DNA of 64,000 nt from an uncultured Chloroflexia bacterium (GTDB taxonomy: Bacteria; Chloroflexota; Limnocylindria; Limnocylindrales; CSP1-4). The notes below the pieces were generated by a model, which saw only the letters and a list, made by a program, of their open reading frames with translations, did not search any database and was not told the origin of the DNA. A program made the translations under genes and the position numbers. The stretch covers positions 1,378,676-1,442,675 of the forward strand of contig OY970306.1 in the NCBI GenBank assembly GCA_963716375.1. The letters are read 5' to 3'. Shown one piece after another: positions 40,901 to 46,346 of the stretch (positions are counted from its first letter, which is position 1; each line of letters starts with the position of its first letter).

Positions 40901-41972
40901 ACGATCAACGCTCTTGAGTCCGGCGTTCACCGCCGGCACAACCGGAGGGGCGGCCACGATCACCGCATCGTGGAGTGACAGCAGTGGCCCGCACACCCAG
41001 GCGTTCAGCTACAACGTCTCGAGTTCATCGTCGAGCGTGTCCTGCACGCCGGTGAGCGGTACCTCGTTCGCACCTGGGTCGGTCGTCAACTGCCTCTTCA
41101 CAGCGGGTCCGGCGTTCGTCCTGGGGTCGCTCGTTTGGACGGCAAGCAACTTCACTCCGGCGAGCAGCACCGCCAACCCGGGCCAGGCCTTCACGGCCGG
41201 CGCGACCGGGGGAGCGGCGTCCATCACGGCCACCTGGAACGACGGGGCACCCCGGACCCAGACCTTCGTCTATACCATCACCTCCTCGGCGACGCTGGTC
41301 TGCAACCCCGTCGGCGGGGCGCTGAATGCCGGCCAGGCGGTCATCTGCGGCTTCACCGGAACCGCGGGCTCCACCTTCACCGGCTGGGCATCCACGGGCT
41401 TCACGCCGAATCTCAGCGCCGCGACCACCCAGGTCTTCGTCGCTGGGGCGCCGAGTCTGACGGCATCGATCACCGGCACCTGGACCGACAGCTCGGGCGG
41501 ACACTCCGCGGTCTTCCTGTACTCGATCGTCGGGGCGCCCGTTCCGCCAATCCCGCCGATCGGTGTCAAGACCTCGATCACGGCAAGCTCGGCCCTGGGC
41601 AAGACCAAGGACCCGACCAGGTTCACGGTCGGCACCAAGGTGGCGTCCATCGTTCCCGGCACCAACAATGTCGTGACAATTCGCTTCAAGATGTCGCCCT
41701 CGACAGCGGGCAAGATCATCCAGATCTACAAGGCCAGCCGGGCCTGCGTCTCGGGGACGCCTCCCGGCCAGGTCGTCTGCACCCCTGGCCATCACTACAA
41801 CGGCTGGTCGGGCTTCACGCTCTTCACGGCCCGTGCGGTCGATGCCGATGGGTTCGCCTACATGTACGTCTCGACCAAGACCGCCCAGTGGCTGTCGTTC
41901 TACGGGTCATTCCCGGGCGACACCGTCCAGGGTCCTGGCCGATCGCAGACCCAGCAGGTTCGCTGGAAGTAA
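33203..41972 (+). CDS. giant secreted tandem-repeat protein (~2,900 aa): signal peptide, N-terminal domain, Big_1-like Ig domain, 29 copies of an ~85-95-aa two-Cys repeat, and a distinct C-terminal domain. The frame is interrupted by at least 6 indels.
   Basis: GTG 33203 follows an AGGGGG RBS. The signal peptide is MIVHSRRKLLILVATVAMLASAFTFPVAVSA|AG. Repeat consensus: TFNYTISTTASSVTCSPPSGTIAAGQVVNCTFTPGTGYGGNLSWTASGFTPA..NPSFTAGSTAGPASITASWTDGGTNHSQ. Coding sense is followed across frames at ~34574, ~35235, ~35540, 39734/~39866 and ~40915, plus a possible pair at ~39299/~39329. A hairpin terminator follows the stop at 41970-41972. Confidence 0.85.
34416..35585 (+). CDS. giant repeat protein, ORF-track fragment 2 (repeats 3-5; meaningful ~34575-35234)
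   Basis: Repeat sequence QTFNYTISTNAASISCNPPSG ... AYNAGTLSW is in this frame. The flanks are out of frame. Confidence 0.6.
   Translation: MAATRPEPSVGPRAASRPPTLRPPTSTRRSRPAARPVPPTSRQTGRTTARRCPQTFNYTISTNAASISCNPPSGSTIAAGSAVNCVFTQGSGGSSGFAWSGSNFTPASADAFTQTFTAANVSAAGSIGASWSDSSGNHTANFSYTITNTGSTVTCSPPTGSTIASGSPVNCTFTTGSAYTGGSLGWTASGLTPTVVGVNANPTFTAGSTAGAANVTANWQDNGVPKSQTFNYTITTNASSVTCSPPGGTIGPATPVNCTFTIGSAYNAGTLSWIGRELHPDIGRPGRRPDLHGGQHRRRRQHHGQLAGWRRRQVPDVQLHDQYQRLDRDLQPVERQSFAGRGRDLHVHDRQRLQRRFTQLEHERLHRELGRCRCCRRRGPRVRRPVRPT
35398..35730 (+). CDS. giant repeat protein, ORF-track fragment 3 (repeat 6; meaningful ~35236-35540)
   Basis: TCSPSSGNLSPAAVVTCTFTIGSAYNGGSLSWNTSGFTANSAG is in this frame. 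Confidence 0.55.
   Translation: MTCSPSSGNLSPAAVVTCTFTIGSAYNGGSLSWNTSGFTANSAGAVAVDDVDRGFDGRSGQRDRQLAGQRRREDADVQLHDQHHRLGRDLQSGERDDFVRLARELPLHDR
35528..40978 (+). CDS. giant repeat protein, ORF-track fragment 4 (repeats 7-27, 1816 aa; contains one or two internally compensated frameshift pairs)
   Basis: This is the longest open stretch. The repeat consensus is readable throughout except 39734-39866, where the sense sequence ASSVSCNPSGGVVVDGQVVNCSFSAGQGFVTLAWTTSHFTGPG lies in another frame, and possibly 39299-39329. Confidence 0.75.
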   Translation: MPLLSTTWTAGSTAGPANVTVNWQDNGVAKTQTFNYTISTTASGVTCSPASGTISSGSLVNCHFTTGSAYTGGSLNWTAGGLTPASVPGNSNPVFTAGSTAGPGNITANWQDNGVAQSQTFNYTISTTASSVTCSPPTGSTIAAGAQVNCTFTLGTAYNGSSLSWTASGLAPATVGVNTNPTFTAGNTAGPGNVTANWQDGGVAKSQTFNYTISTTASSVNCNPGGGTVADGQVVNCSFAPARGMSASLAWTSSQFSPATSAAAFPAFTAGNTSGPASITATWTDGTGNHSQTFSYTISTTASTIVCNPPNGASLTAGDQVNCTFIAGAGYGANLAWTATNFTPTSSGSGTPVFTAGNVNATGTIGATWTDGAGSHSALFSYTITKLSSAVTCNPPNGTIAVGSVVNCSFTPGTGYGGNISWTSTGFSPSGPVTTVSAPFTAGGTAGAAQINATWSDSAGNHSVSFNYTISASLSSVTCSPPSGTIAAGQVVPCAFTAGDSAAGLAWSVPGFVAGPSGFNPSFTAGSTAGPASITASWTDGGTNHSQTFSYTISTTASVVNCNPANGTIAVSSVVNCSFVPGTGYSVPVAWSSVDFNPASSVFQNPSFTAQGTAGAASITATWADASGAHSVTFGYTVSASLSSVTCSPPSGTIAAGQVVPCAFTAGDASSGPTWAVAGFPAGPSGNNPSFTAGNTAGPASITASWTDGGTNHSQTFSYTISTTASLANCVPPSGNVATGAVVNCTFTPGTGYGGNIPWSQTGFTGPATTGTNSPSFTAGSVAGPAVLTATWSDAAGAHSQSFNYVINTSSSAVTCNPPNGTIAVGSVVNCSFTPGTGYGGNISWTSTGFSPSGPVTTVSAPFTAGGTAGAAQINATWSDSAGNHSVSFNYTISASLSSVTCSPPSGTIAAGQVVPCAFTAGDSAAGLAWSVPGFVAGPSGFNPSFTAGSTAGPASITASWTDGGTNHSQTFSYTISTTASVVNCNPANGTIAVSSVVNCSFVPGTGYSVPVAWSSVDFNPASSVFQNPSFTAQGTAGAASITATWADASGAHSVTFGYTVSASLSSVTCSPPSGTIAAGQVVPCAFTAGDASSGPTWAVAGFPAGPSGNNPSFTAGNTAGPASITASWTDGGTNHSQTFSYTISTTASLANCVPPSGNVATGAVVNCTFTPGTGYGGNILWSQTGFTGPATTTTNSPSFTAGSVAGPAVLTATWSDAAGAHSQSFNYVIVVIGSSADCNPPSGTIASSSVVNCSFSLGHRPHGRPGWTATGFSSLGGGNSPSFQAGTAAGPATISVTWTDSTGSHSKGFNYVISITDSSVACSPPSGSTIGAGTTVNCTFAPGTGLSSGPTWTASGFAANGGGNNPSFLAGSTAGPATITASWSDSNGSHSQGFNYTISTTGLVGQLQPVRRRRRRRPGRQLLLQRRPGLRDPGVDHEPLHRPGRGFAPAFSANTVAGPASITATWTDGQGNHSQSFNYTISTTASTVVCNPASFSTIAASSTVQCQFNAGAGYSGGSLAWTASNFTPVNSPISPVTFTASASGGTGTIQATWTDGSGFHSQTFTYTISTTASLASCNPAGGPVATNQVVNCSFNAGSGYVALSLNWSTAGFAPGSSASVVPSFTAGTIGGPASITATWNDGSGVHSQSFNYTISTTVSAATCNPGSGTIPASSVINCSFTASVGYTPGSLVWTLSSGLSFDPNSTSTSIAPVVLAGTTLGPVHITANWSDSSGNRSQGFNYTIGTTPSLVNCSPANGNIAPASIVNCLFTPGSGYAGNLGWTSSNFTPATINALESGVHRRHNRRGGHDHRIVE
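36689..39217 (+). repeat. near-perfect 1,269-bp tandem segmental duplication (five repeat units per copy) inside the array
   Basis: 36689-37948 aligns with 37958-39217 at a constant offset of 1,269. The first ~947 bp look identical by eye. I found 7 substitutions in the last ~310 bp, the first at 37636/38905. ORF-track pairs 36855/38124, 36928/38197 and 37432/38701 give identical peptides. Confidence 0.9.
40857..41972 (+). CDS. giant repeat protein, ORF-track fragment 5 (repeats 28-29 and a ~150-aa C-terminal domain; meaningful from ~40915)
   Basis: SPAFTAGTTGGAATITASWSDSSGPHTQAFSYNVS... continues to a non-repeat C-terminus (...CVSGTPPGQVVCTPGHHYNGWSGFTLF...QQVRWK). Confidence 0.7.
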   Translation: MPGTSAGPAATSRRPRSTLLSPAFTAGTTGGAATITASWSDSSGPHTQAFSYNVSSSSSSVSCTPVSGTSFAPGSVVNCLFTAGPAFVLGSLVWTASNFTPASSTANPGQAFTAGATGGAASITATWNDGAPRTQTFVYTITSSATLVCNPVGGALNAGQAVICGFTGTAGSTFTGWASTGFTPNLSAATTQVFVAGAPSLTASITGTWTDSSGGHSAVFLYSIVGAPVPPIPPIGVKTSITASSALGKTKDPTRFTVGTKVASIVPGTNNVVTIRFKMSPSTAGKIIQIYKASRACVSGTPPGQVVCTPGHHYNGWSGFTLFTARAVDADGFAYMYVSTKTAQWLSFYGSFPGDTVQGPGRSQTQQVRWK

Positions 41973-42010
41973 CGCCAGCCGGCCGCGGGCCGGACCACAG
42001 CGCTCGAACG

Positions 42011-42037
42011 AAACGGGAGGCCACCGGCCTCCCGTTT
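42011..42037. terminator. bidirectional hairpin terminator between the convergent giant gene and the TadZ-like gene
   Basis: 12-bp perfect stem AAACGGGAGGCC / GGCCTCCCGTTT with a 3-nt loop. It has A/T runs on both flanks of the stem and lies 39 nt after the giant-gene stop. Confidence 0.65.
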
Positions 42038-42176
42038 CTTCATGTGCGAGGGATCGGCGGGAGGAGTTCGCCCGGCCTCGGGATGCCCAGGATCGTCCTC
42101 GCCCGACCTGCCGGGGCTCGGGCCTCCTCCGGACCATCCAGGGTGAAGGCGAGCGGGGTGTGGCGCCGACCCGGGT

Positions 42177-43409
42177 TCAGCGGTGGAGCAGACTGCCGAT
42201 GCCGCGTCGCCGCTCGCCGGCGGCCGCCTCGGCCGATCCGCCGAGGGCCATCGTGGCGAGAGTCGTCAAGCGATCCGCCGCATTCGACTTCGGTGCGCTC
42301 GTAACGACCGGGACGCCCTCGTTGATCGCCTTGACGTAGAGGAGGGGGTCGTAGACGAGCTCGAGCGACATCTTCGTGCCGACGGCGTTCTCGATGTCCG
42401 CGGTCTTCAGCAGCTCTCGGGAGAACAAGTTGTTCAGGATGAAGATCGTCTTGCTCACTGCCGACGTCGTCTCGTTCATGAAGTCGAGCAGCGTCGAGAT
42501 CGCCCTGAGGCAACCGAGTTCGGCGATGAGCGGCATGATCACGCAATCGGCCTGCTCGAACGCCATGAGGGTCCGCTCGTCGAGGTTCGAGCCCGCGTCG
42601 ATCACGATCACGTCGAAGGCCCCGCCTGCGGTCGCCAGCAGCCGATCGATGTGCCGCGCCGTGACGAGCTGGGCGAGCTCCGGCGAGCCTGGCGCCGTCA
42701 GCACCTCGAGGCCGCTGTCGTGGCTCGTGATGTACGTCCGCATCAGGTCGATGTCCCGGAGCGCCTCTTCGTCGCGGGTGAGGTCGGCCAGCGAGTGATG
42801 GATCGGGAGGTTGAGGTGTGTCGCGACCTGGCCAAACTGGAGGTCGAGGTCGACGAGCAAGGTCCTGGCCGGGTGCAGCTGCGTGGCGACTGCGGCGATG
42901 TTGACGGCGATCAGCGTGGTCCCCACGCCGCCTTTGGGACTGAAGCAGACGATGACCCGCTGGCCCCGGCTCTCAGCACCGTTCATGCCGGGGAGTGGCG
43001 TCAGGTCGAGGGATCGCTGGAAGCGCAGCAAGAGGGACTCTACGCGGGCCTCGAGCTCGCGGGCATCGAATGGCCGCGCCATCACGTCGTCGGCGCCCGC
43101 CTCGAGGAACCTGATCCGGTCCTCGACGTCGTCGGTCTGGCTGATGCAGAGGATCGGGACCGAGGCGAGGTTCGGCTGCGCCCGGAGCTCGCGGCAGATA
43201 TCCTGCGCCGACCGCCCGCCCGTGCTCACGTCGAGGATCACCAGGTGCTGCGCGGCGGCGCGGCTCGCCAGGGTCTCGGGATTCTGGATGGCGATGACCT
43301 TGTACCCGGCCTCGTTCAGGGTCGTCCGGACGATCTCGCCCGATGAAGGGTCCGTTTCGAGAAGAAGGATGCTGCCGCTCGGCACAGTCGCTCCGCTCAG
43401 GGCCGGCAT
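42177..43409 (-). CDS. response-regulator receiver domain fused to a ParA/MinD-type ATPase with a deviant Walker A (TadZ/CpaE-like)
   Basis: The receiver region is SILLLETD...HLVILDV...PILCISQ...ARPF. The ATPase region is VIVCFSPKGGVGTTLIAVNIA, DVIVIDAG. Start set to ATG 43409 (MPALSG...), because the 70 codons upstream in the ORF track are Arg/Pro-rich. Confidence 0.8.
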   Translation of the reverse strand: MPALSGATVPSGSILLLETDPSSGEIVRTTLNEAGYKVIAIQNPETLASRAAAQHLVILDVSTGGRSAQDICRELRAQPNLASVPILCISQTDDVEDRIRFLEAGADDVMARPFDARELEARVESLLLRFQRSLDLTPLPGMNGAESRGQRVIVCFSPKGGVGTTLIAVNIAAVATQLHPARTLLVDLDLQFGQVATHLNLPIHHSLADLTRDEEALRDIDLMRTYITSHDSGLEVLTAPGSPELAQLVTARHIDRLLATAGGAFDVIVIDAGSNLDERTLMAFEQADCVIMPLIAELGCLRAISTLLDFMNETTSAVSKTIFILNNLFSRELLKTADIENAVGTKMSLELVYDPLLYVKAINEGVPVVTSAPKSNAADRLTTLATMALGGSAEAAAGERRRGIGSLLHR

Positions 43410-43534
43410 TGCCGGGACATTCGGGGTCGCTTGAAGTTGAGGATACAACGCGCCGACGGCCCGGGGCCGCTGAACCGGGCATTCGACGGAATTTCGCGGC
43501 CGCCGGGCGTCCGACCGGCCTGGCCGACCGACCG

Positions 43535-43543
43535 TGCTAGACT
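43535..43543 (+). promoter_or_regulatory. extended -10 TGCTAGACT upstream of rpsF-ssb-rpsR
   Basis: ~95-nt leader before ATG 43640. Confidence 0.5.
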
Positions 43544-43639
43544 CTCGAGTCTGTCCTTTCGGCTCCGCGCGCGTCGTCGGTCTCCGCCAGAACCGGCCGC
43601 CAAGCGGGGCGATCCCCACAGGAAGGAGTACATAGGCGG

Positions 43640-44074
43640 ATGCGCCGCTATGAACTGATGCTGGTCCTGCGCCCGGATCTCCCGGACGACAAGACCCAGG
43701 CGGTCGTCGACCGCATCACCCGCTCGATCGTCGCGTCGGACGGTCAGATCGTCAAGGTCGCCCCCTGGGGCCGCCGCCGACTGGCCTATCCCATCGACCG
43801 CCATCGCGAGGGCTCGTACCACATCATCCTCTTCGAAGCGCCGGCCGAGGCCATTGCCGAGCTCGAGCGCAGCCTGCTGATCACCGAAGAGGTCCTCCGT
43901 CATCTCGTCACGCGCGTCGAGCGGCCGATCAAGGCCGGCCGCCGCGATGGCGGGCTGGACGACGGCCTCGAGCTGACGGCACCGCCGCCCGTCGACGACG
44001 AGGACGACGACGACGATCACGAGATGATGATCGACGAGTCCGAGACCGAAGCGGCGCCAGCCGCCATCGACTGA
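43640..44074 (+). CDS. rpsF: 30S ribosomal protein S6 with an acidic C-terminal tail
   Basis: MRRYELMLVLRPDL... and WGRRRLAYPI. GGAAGGAG RBS. The tail reads DDEDDDDDHEMMIDESE. Confidence 0.95.
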   Translation: MRRYELMLVLRPDLPDDKTQAVVDRITRSIVASDGQIVKVAPWGRRRLAYPIDRHREGSYHIILFEAPAEAIAELERSLLITEEVLRHLVTRVERPIKAGRRDGGLDDGLELTAPPPVDDEDDDDDHEMMIDESETEAAPAAID

Positions 44075-44090
44075 CGAGGGGGACCCGGGC

Positions 44091-44555
44091 ATGTCGCTGA
44101 ACAAGGCGATGATCATCGGCAACCTCGGCCGCGATCCGGAGATGCGGTACACCCCGAGCGGCCAGGCCGTGACGCAGTTCACGGTCGCCGTCAACCGCAA
44201 CTACAAGGATCACGACGGGGCCTGGCAGGAAGAAACCGAGTGGTTCCGCGTCGTCGCCTGGGGCCCGCTCGCGGAGCGGACGGCCGAGTACCTCCGCAAG
44301 GGCCGTAAGGTCTTCGTCGAGGGACGCCTCCAGACCCGCCAGTGGGAGGGCCAGGACGGCCAGAAGCGCTACACGACGGAGCTCGTGGCCAACACGGTGA
44401 CCCCCCTCGACCCGCGCCCGCGGGACGAAGGCGGCGAGCCGAGTGGCGCTCCCGGCGGCCCGCCTCGCCAGAGCGCGCCACGGTCATCCGGTGGCCCGTC
44501 CGACGGCCCGGCCGATCGGCTCGACGAGCCCGAACTCGACGACCTTCCCTTCTGA
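44091..44555 (+). CDS. ssb: single-stranded DNA-binding protein
   Basis: OB-fold N-terminus (NKAMIIGNLGRDPEMRYTPSG), Gly/Pro-rich linker and an acidic tip DDLPF. Confidence 0.95.
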   Translation: MSLNKAMIIGNLGRDPEMRYTPSGQAVTQFTVAVNRNYKDHDGAWQEETEWFRVVAWGPLAERTAEYLRKGRKVFVEGRLQTRQWEGQDGQKRYTTELVANTVTPLDPRPRDEGGEPSGAPGGPPRQSAPRSSGGPSDGPADRLDEPELDDLPF

Positions 44556-44616
44556 TCCTGATTCGATGAATCCGCGGGCGTCCGCCGCCCGCCAGCACCA
44601 GGAGACCTGACCGCCA

Positions 44617-44886
44617 ATGCCGCCCGCCGCACGAGCCAAGAAGCGAGACGACTACTACCGCGACCGCCGCCGTCGCAAGGTCTGCGCGTTCTGCGCGGAC
44701 AAGACCGTCCAGATCGACTACAAGGAAGTCAACCGGCTGCGCCGCTACCTCTCGGAGCGCGCCAAGATCGAGCCACGTCGCAAGACCGGCACCTGCGCCG
44801 GCCACCAGCGCGAGCTCGCCGTGGCGCTCAAGCGCGCCCGCCACGTGGCCCTGCTGCCGTACGCACCCCAGCATCTCCGTCCCTGA
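44617..44886 (+). CDS. rpsR: 30S ribosomal protein S18
   Basis: [45 protein letters not shown]. Confidence 0.95.
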   Translation: MPPAARAKKRDDYYRDRRRRKVCAFCADKTVQIDYKEVNRLRRYLSERAKIEPRRKTGTCAGHQRELAVALKRARHVALLPYAPQHLRP

Positions 44887-44931
44887 CCGGACGTCTCCCA
44901 TGATGGACCGCGCCACGACGGCTGCCTGAAG

Positions 44932-45954
44932 GTGGTCGTCGGGCTCGTCATGATCGTCGCCGGTGCCGGCGCCGGGGTCTTCGGCTCCCTGCTCGGTCTG
45001 GGCGGCGGCATCCTCATCGTGCCGCTCCTGACGCTCGGCTTCGGGCTGCCCCTGCGCGAGGCGGTGGCCGTGAGCCTCGTCTCGGTGATCGTGACGAGCA
45101 GCGCCTCGGCCGGCGTCTATCTCCAGCGCCACGTCGCCAACCTGCGCCTCGGCATGACGCTCGAGATGTTCACGGCATTTGGGGCGCTCGTCGGCGGCCT
45201 GCTGGCGTTCAGCATCTCGGACCGGGCGCTTGCGGCACTGTTCGCGATCCTGCTCATCTACGTCGCCATCACGATGCTCCGGCGGAAAGACGCGCCCAAG
45301 GTCGTGAATCCGCCGACGGCCGACCTCGTTCCAACGGCAGCATCGTCCGAGGCGGTCGCCTTCATGCCGGCGATGACCGACGACGGGCTCGATCCCGGCG
45401 AGGCCGGCGGGCCGGCAGATTCGGGCGGGGCGGCGGTGGTCCTCGCGGCACCGGCAGCGACGCCGGCCGAAGCGGCGACGCAGGCGTCGACCAGGCCAGC
45501 TGTACCCGCCGCGCCGGCCACCGCGACGAAACGCCGGTCCTGGGTCTCCGAGGCCGAGGTCGAGCGCCTGTCTGGTCCGGGCTACCGCGTCCACGGATTT
45601 CGGATCGGCGTCGTCGGGGCCCTGTTCGCGGGTGTCGTCTCGGCGCTGCTGGGCGTGGGTGGCGGCATCGTCAAGGTCCCCGTCATGAACCTCGCAATGG
45701 GCGTCCCGCTGCGGATCGCGACCGCGACGAGCAACCTGATGATCGGCGTGACCGCCTCGGCCAGCGCGATCGTCTACCTGCTGCGCGGTGGCATCGACCC
45801 GTACGTCGCCGGTCCGACGGCGGTCGGCGTCTTCATCGGCGCCTCGATCGGGTCTCGCGTGGCCCACCGCGTGGATCTGCGGATCCTGCGCTGGCTCTTC
45901 ATCATCGTCGTGTTCTACAACGCGATCCAGATGGCGTTGAAGGCGCTGGGCTGA
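44932..45954 (+). CDS. TauE/SafE (TSUP, DUF81) family anion exporter with a ~100-aa Ala/Pro-rich central loop
   Basis: Two half-domains with LLGLGGGILIVPLL and LLGVGGGIVKVPVM. GTG 44932 start. Confidence 0.8.
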   Translation: MVVGLVMIVAGAGAGVFGSLLGLGGGILIVPLLTLGFGLPLREAVAVSLVSVIVTSSASAGVYLQRHVANLRLGMTLEMFTAFGALVGGLLAFSISDRALAALFAILLIYVAITMLRRKDAPKVVNPPTADLVPTAASSEAVAFMPAMTDDGLDPGEAGGPADSGGAAVVLAAPAATPAEAATQASTRPAVPAAPATATKRRSWVSEAEVERLSGPGYRVHGFRIGVVGALFAGVVSALLGVGGGIVKVPVMNLAMGVPLRIATATSNLMIGVTASASAIVYLLRGGIDPYVAGPTAVGVFIGASIGSRVAHRVDLRILRWLFIIVVFYNAIQMALKALG

Positions 45955-46343
45955 TGACGACGGCCCCGATTCCGACCAGGGACTCCGGCGAGCCGAGCCC
46001 GGATCTCGACCTCTCGATCGCAAGGCTGCTGACGGCCGGCACGCTGATCAGCATCGGCCTGATGGCGATCGGCGTCGTGCTCATGGCCCTCAACGGGATC
46101 GATCCGCTGACGGCCACCTACCCGGCGTTCAACCTCGCGACAATCGTGCCGGATCTCCTGGCCCTGAAGCCGGTCGGCTTCCTGGAGCTCGGCCTGATCG
46201 TGGTCATCGCCATGCCACCGAGCCGGGTGCTCGCCTCGCTGATCGGCTACCAGCGCCGCGGCGAGCGAACGATGGTCCTCGTCTCCGTCGTGATTCTCAT
46301 CGTGATCTCGCTGAGCGTGGTCCTCGGCGCGAAGGGCGCCTGA
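45954..46343 (+). CDS. small membrane protein, DUF1634-like partner of the TSUP exporter
   Basis: 129 aa with ~3-4 TM segments. Its ATG overlaps the TSUP stop (TGATG). The family assignment comes from recalled gene-pair context and is not searched. Confidence 0.6.
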   Translation: MTTAPIPTRDSGEPSPDLDLSIARLLTAGTLISIGLMAIGVVLMALNGIDPLTATYPAFNLATIVPDLLALKPVGFLELGLIVVIAMPPSRVLASLIGYQRRGERTMVLVSVVILIVISLSVVLGAKGA

Positions 46344-46346
46344 GCG

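Larger units (their letters stand above)
34043..41535 (+). repeat. coding tandem-repeat array, 29 units of ~255-285 bp
   Basis: Counted by eye from the recurring F-x-Y-T-I ... C-x14/15-C ... W ... FTAG ... W-x-D pattern in the translations. Confidence 0.85.

Noticed and set aside
34043-41535. Possibility that the regular repeats form a CRISPR array or a non-coding satellite.
   Set aside because: The units are ~255-285 bp, contiguous without spacers, and maintain a protein-level consensus with synonymous variation. This is a coding tandem repeat.
42122-42136. Possible attR-like direct repeat of the tRNA-Leu(TAA) 3' end (CCTCCTCCGGACCA versus CCTGCTCCGGCACCA at 32686-32700) that would delimit a 9.4-kb island.
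   Set aside because: Only ~13 of 15 positions match, with a gap, in GC-rich sequence. No integrase or excisionase is present. The match is too weak to call without a statistical search.
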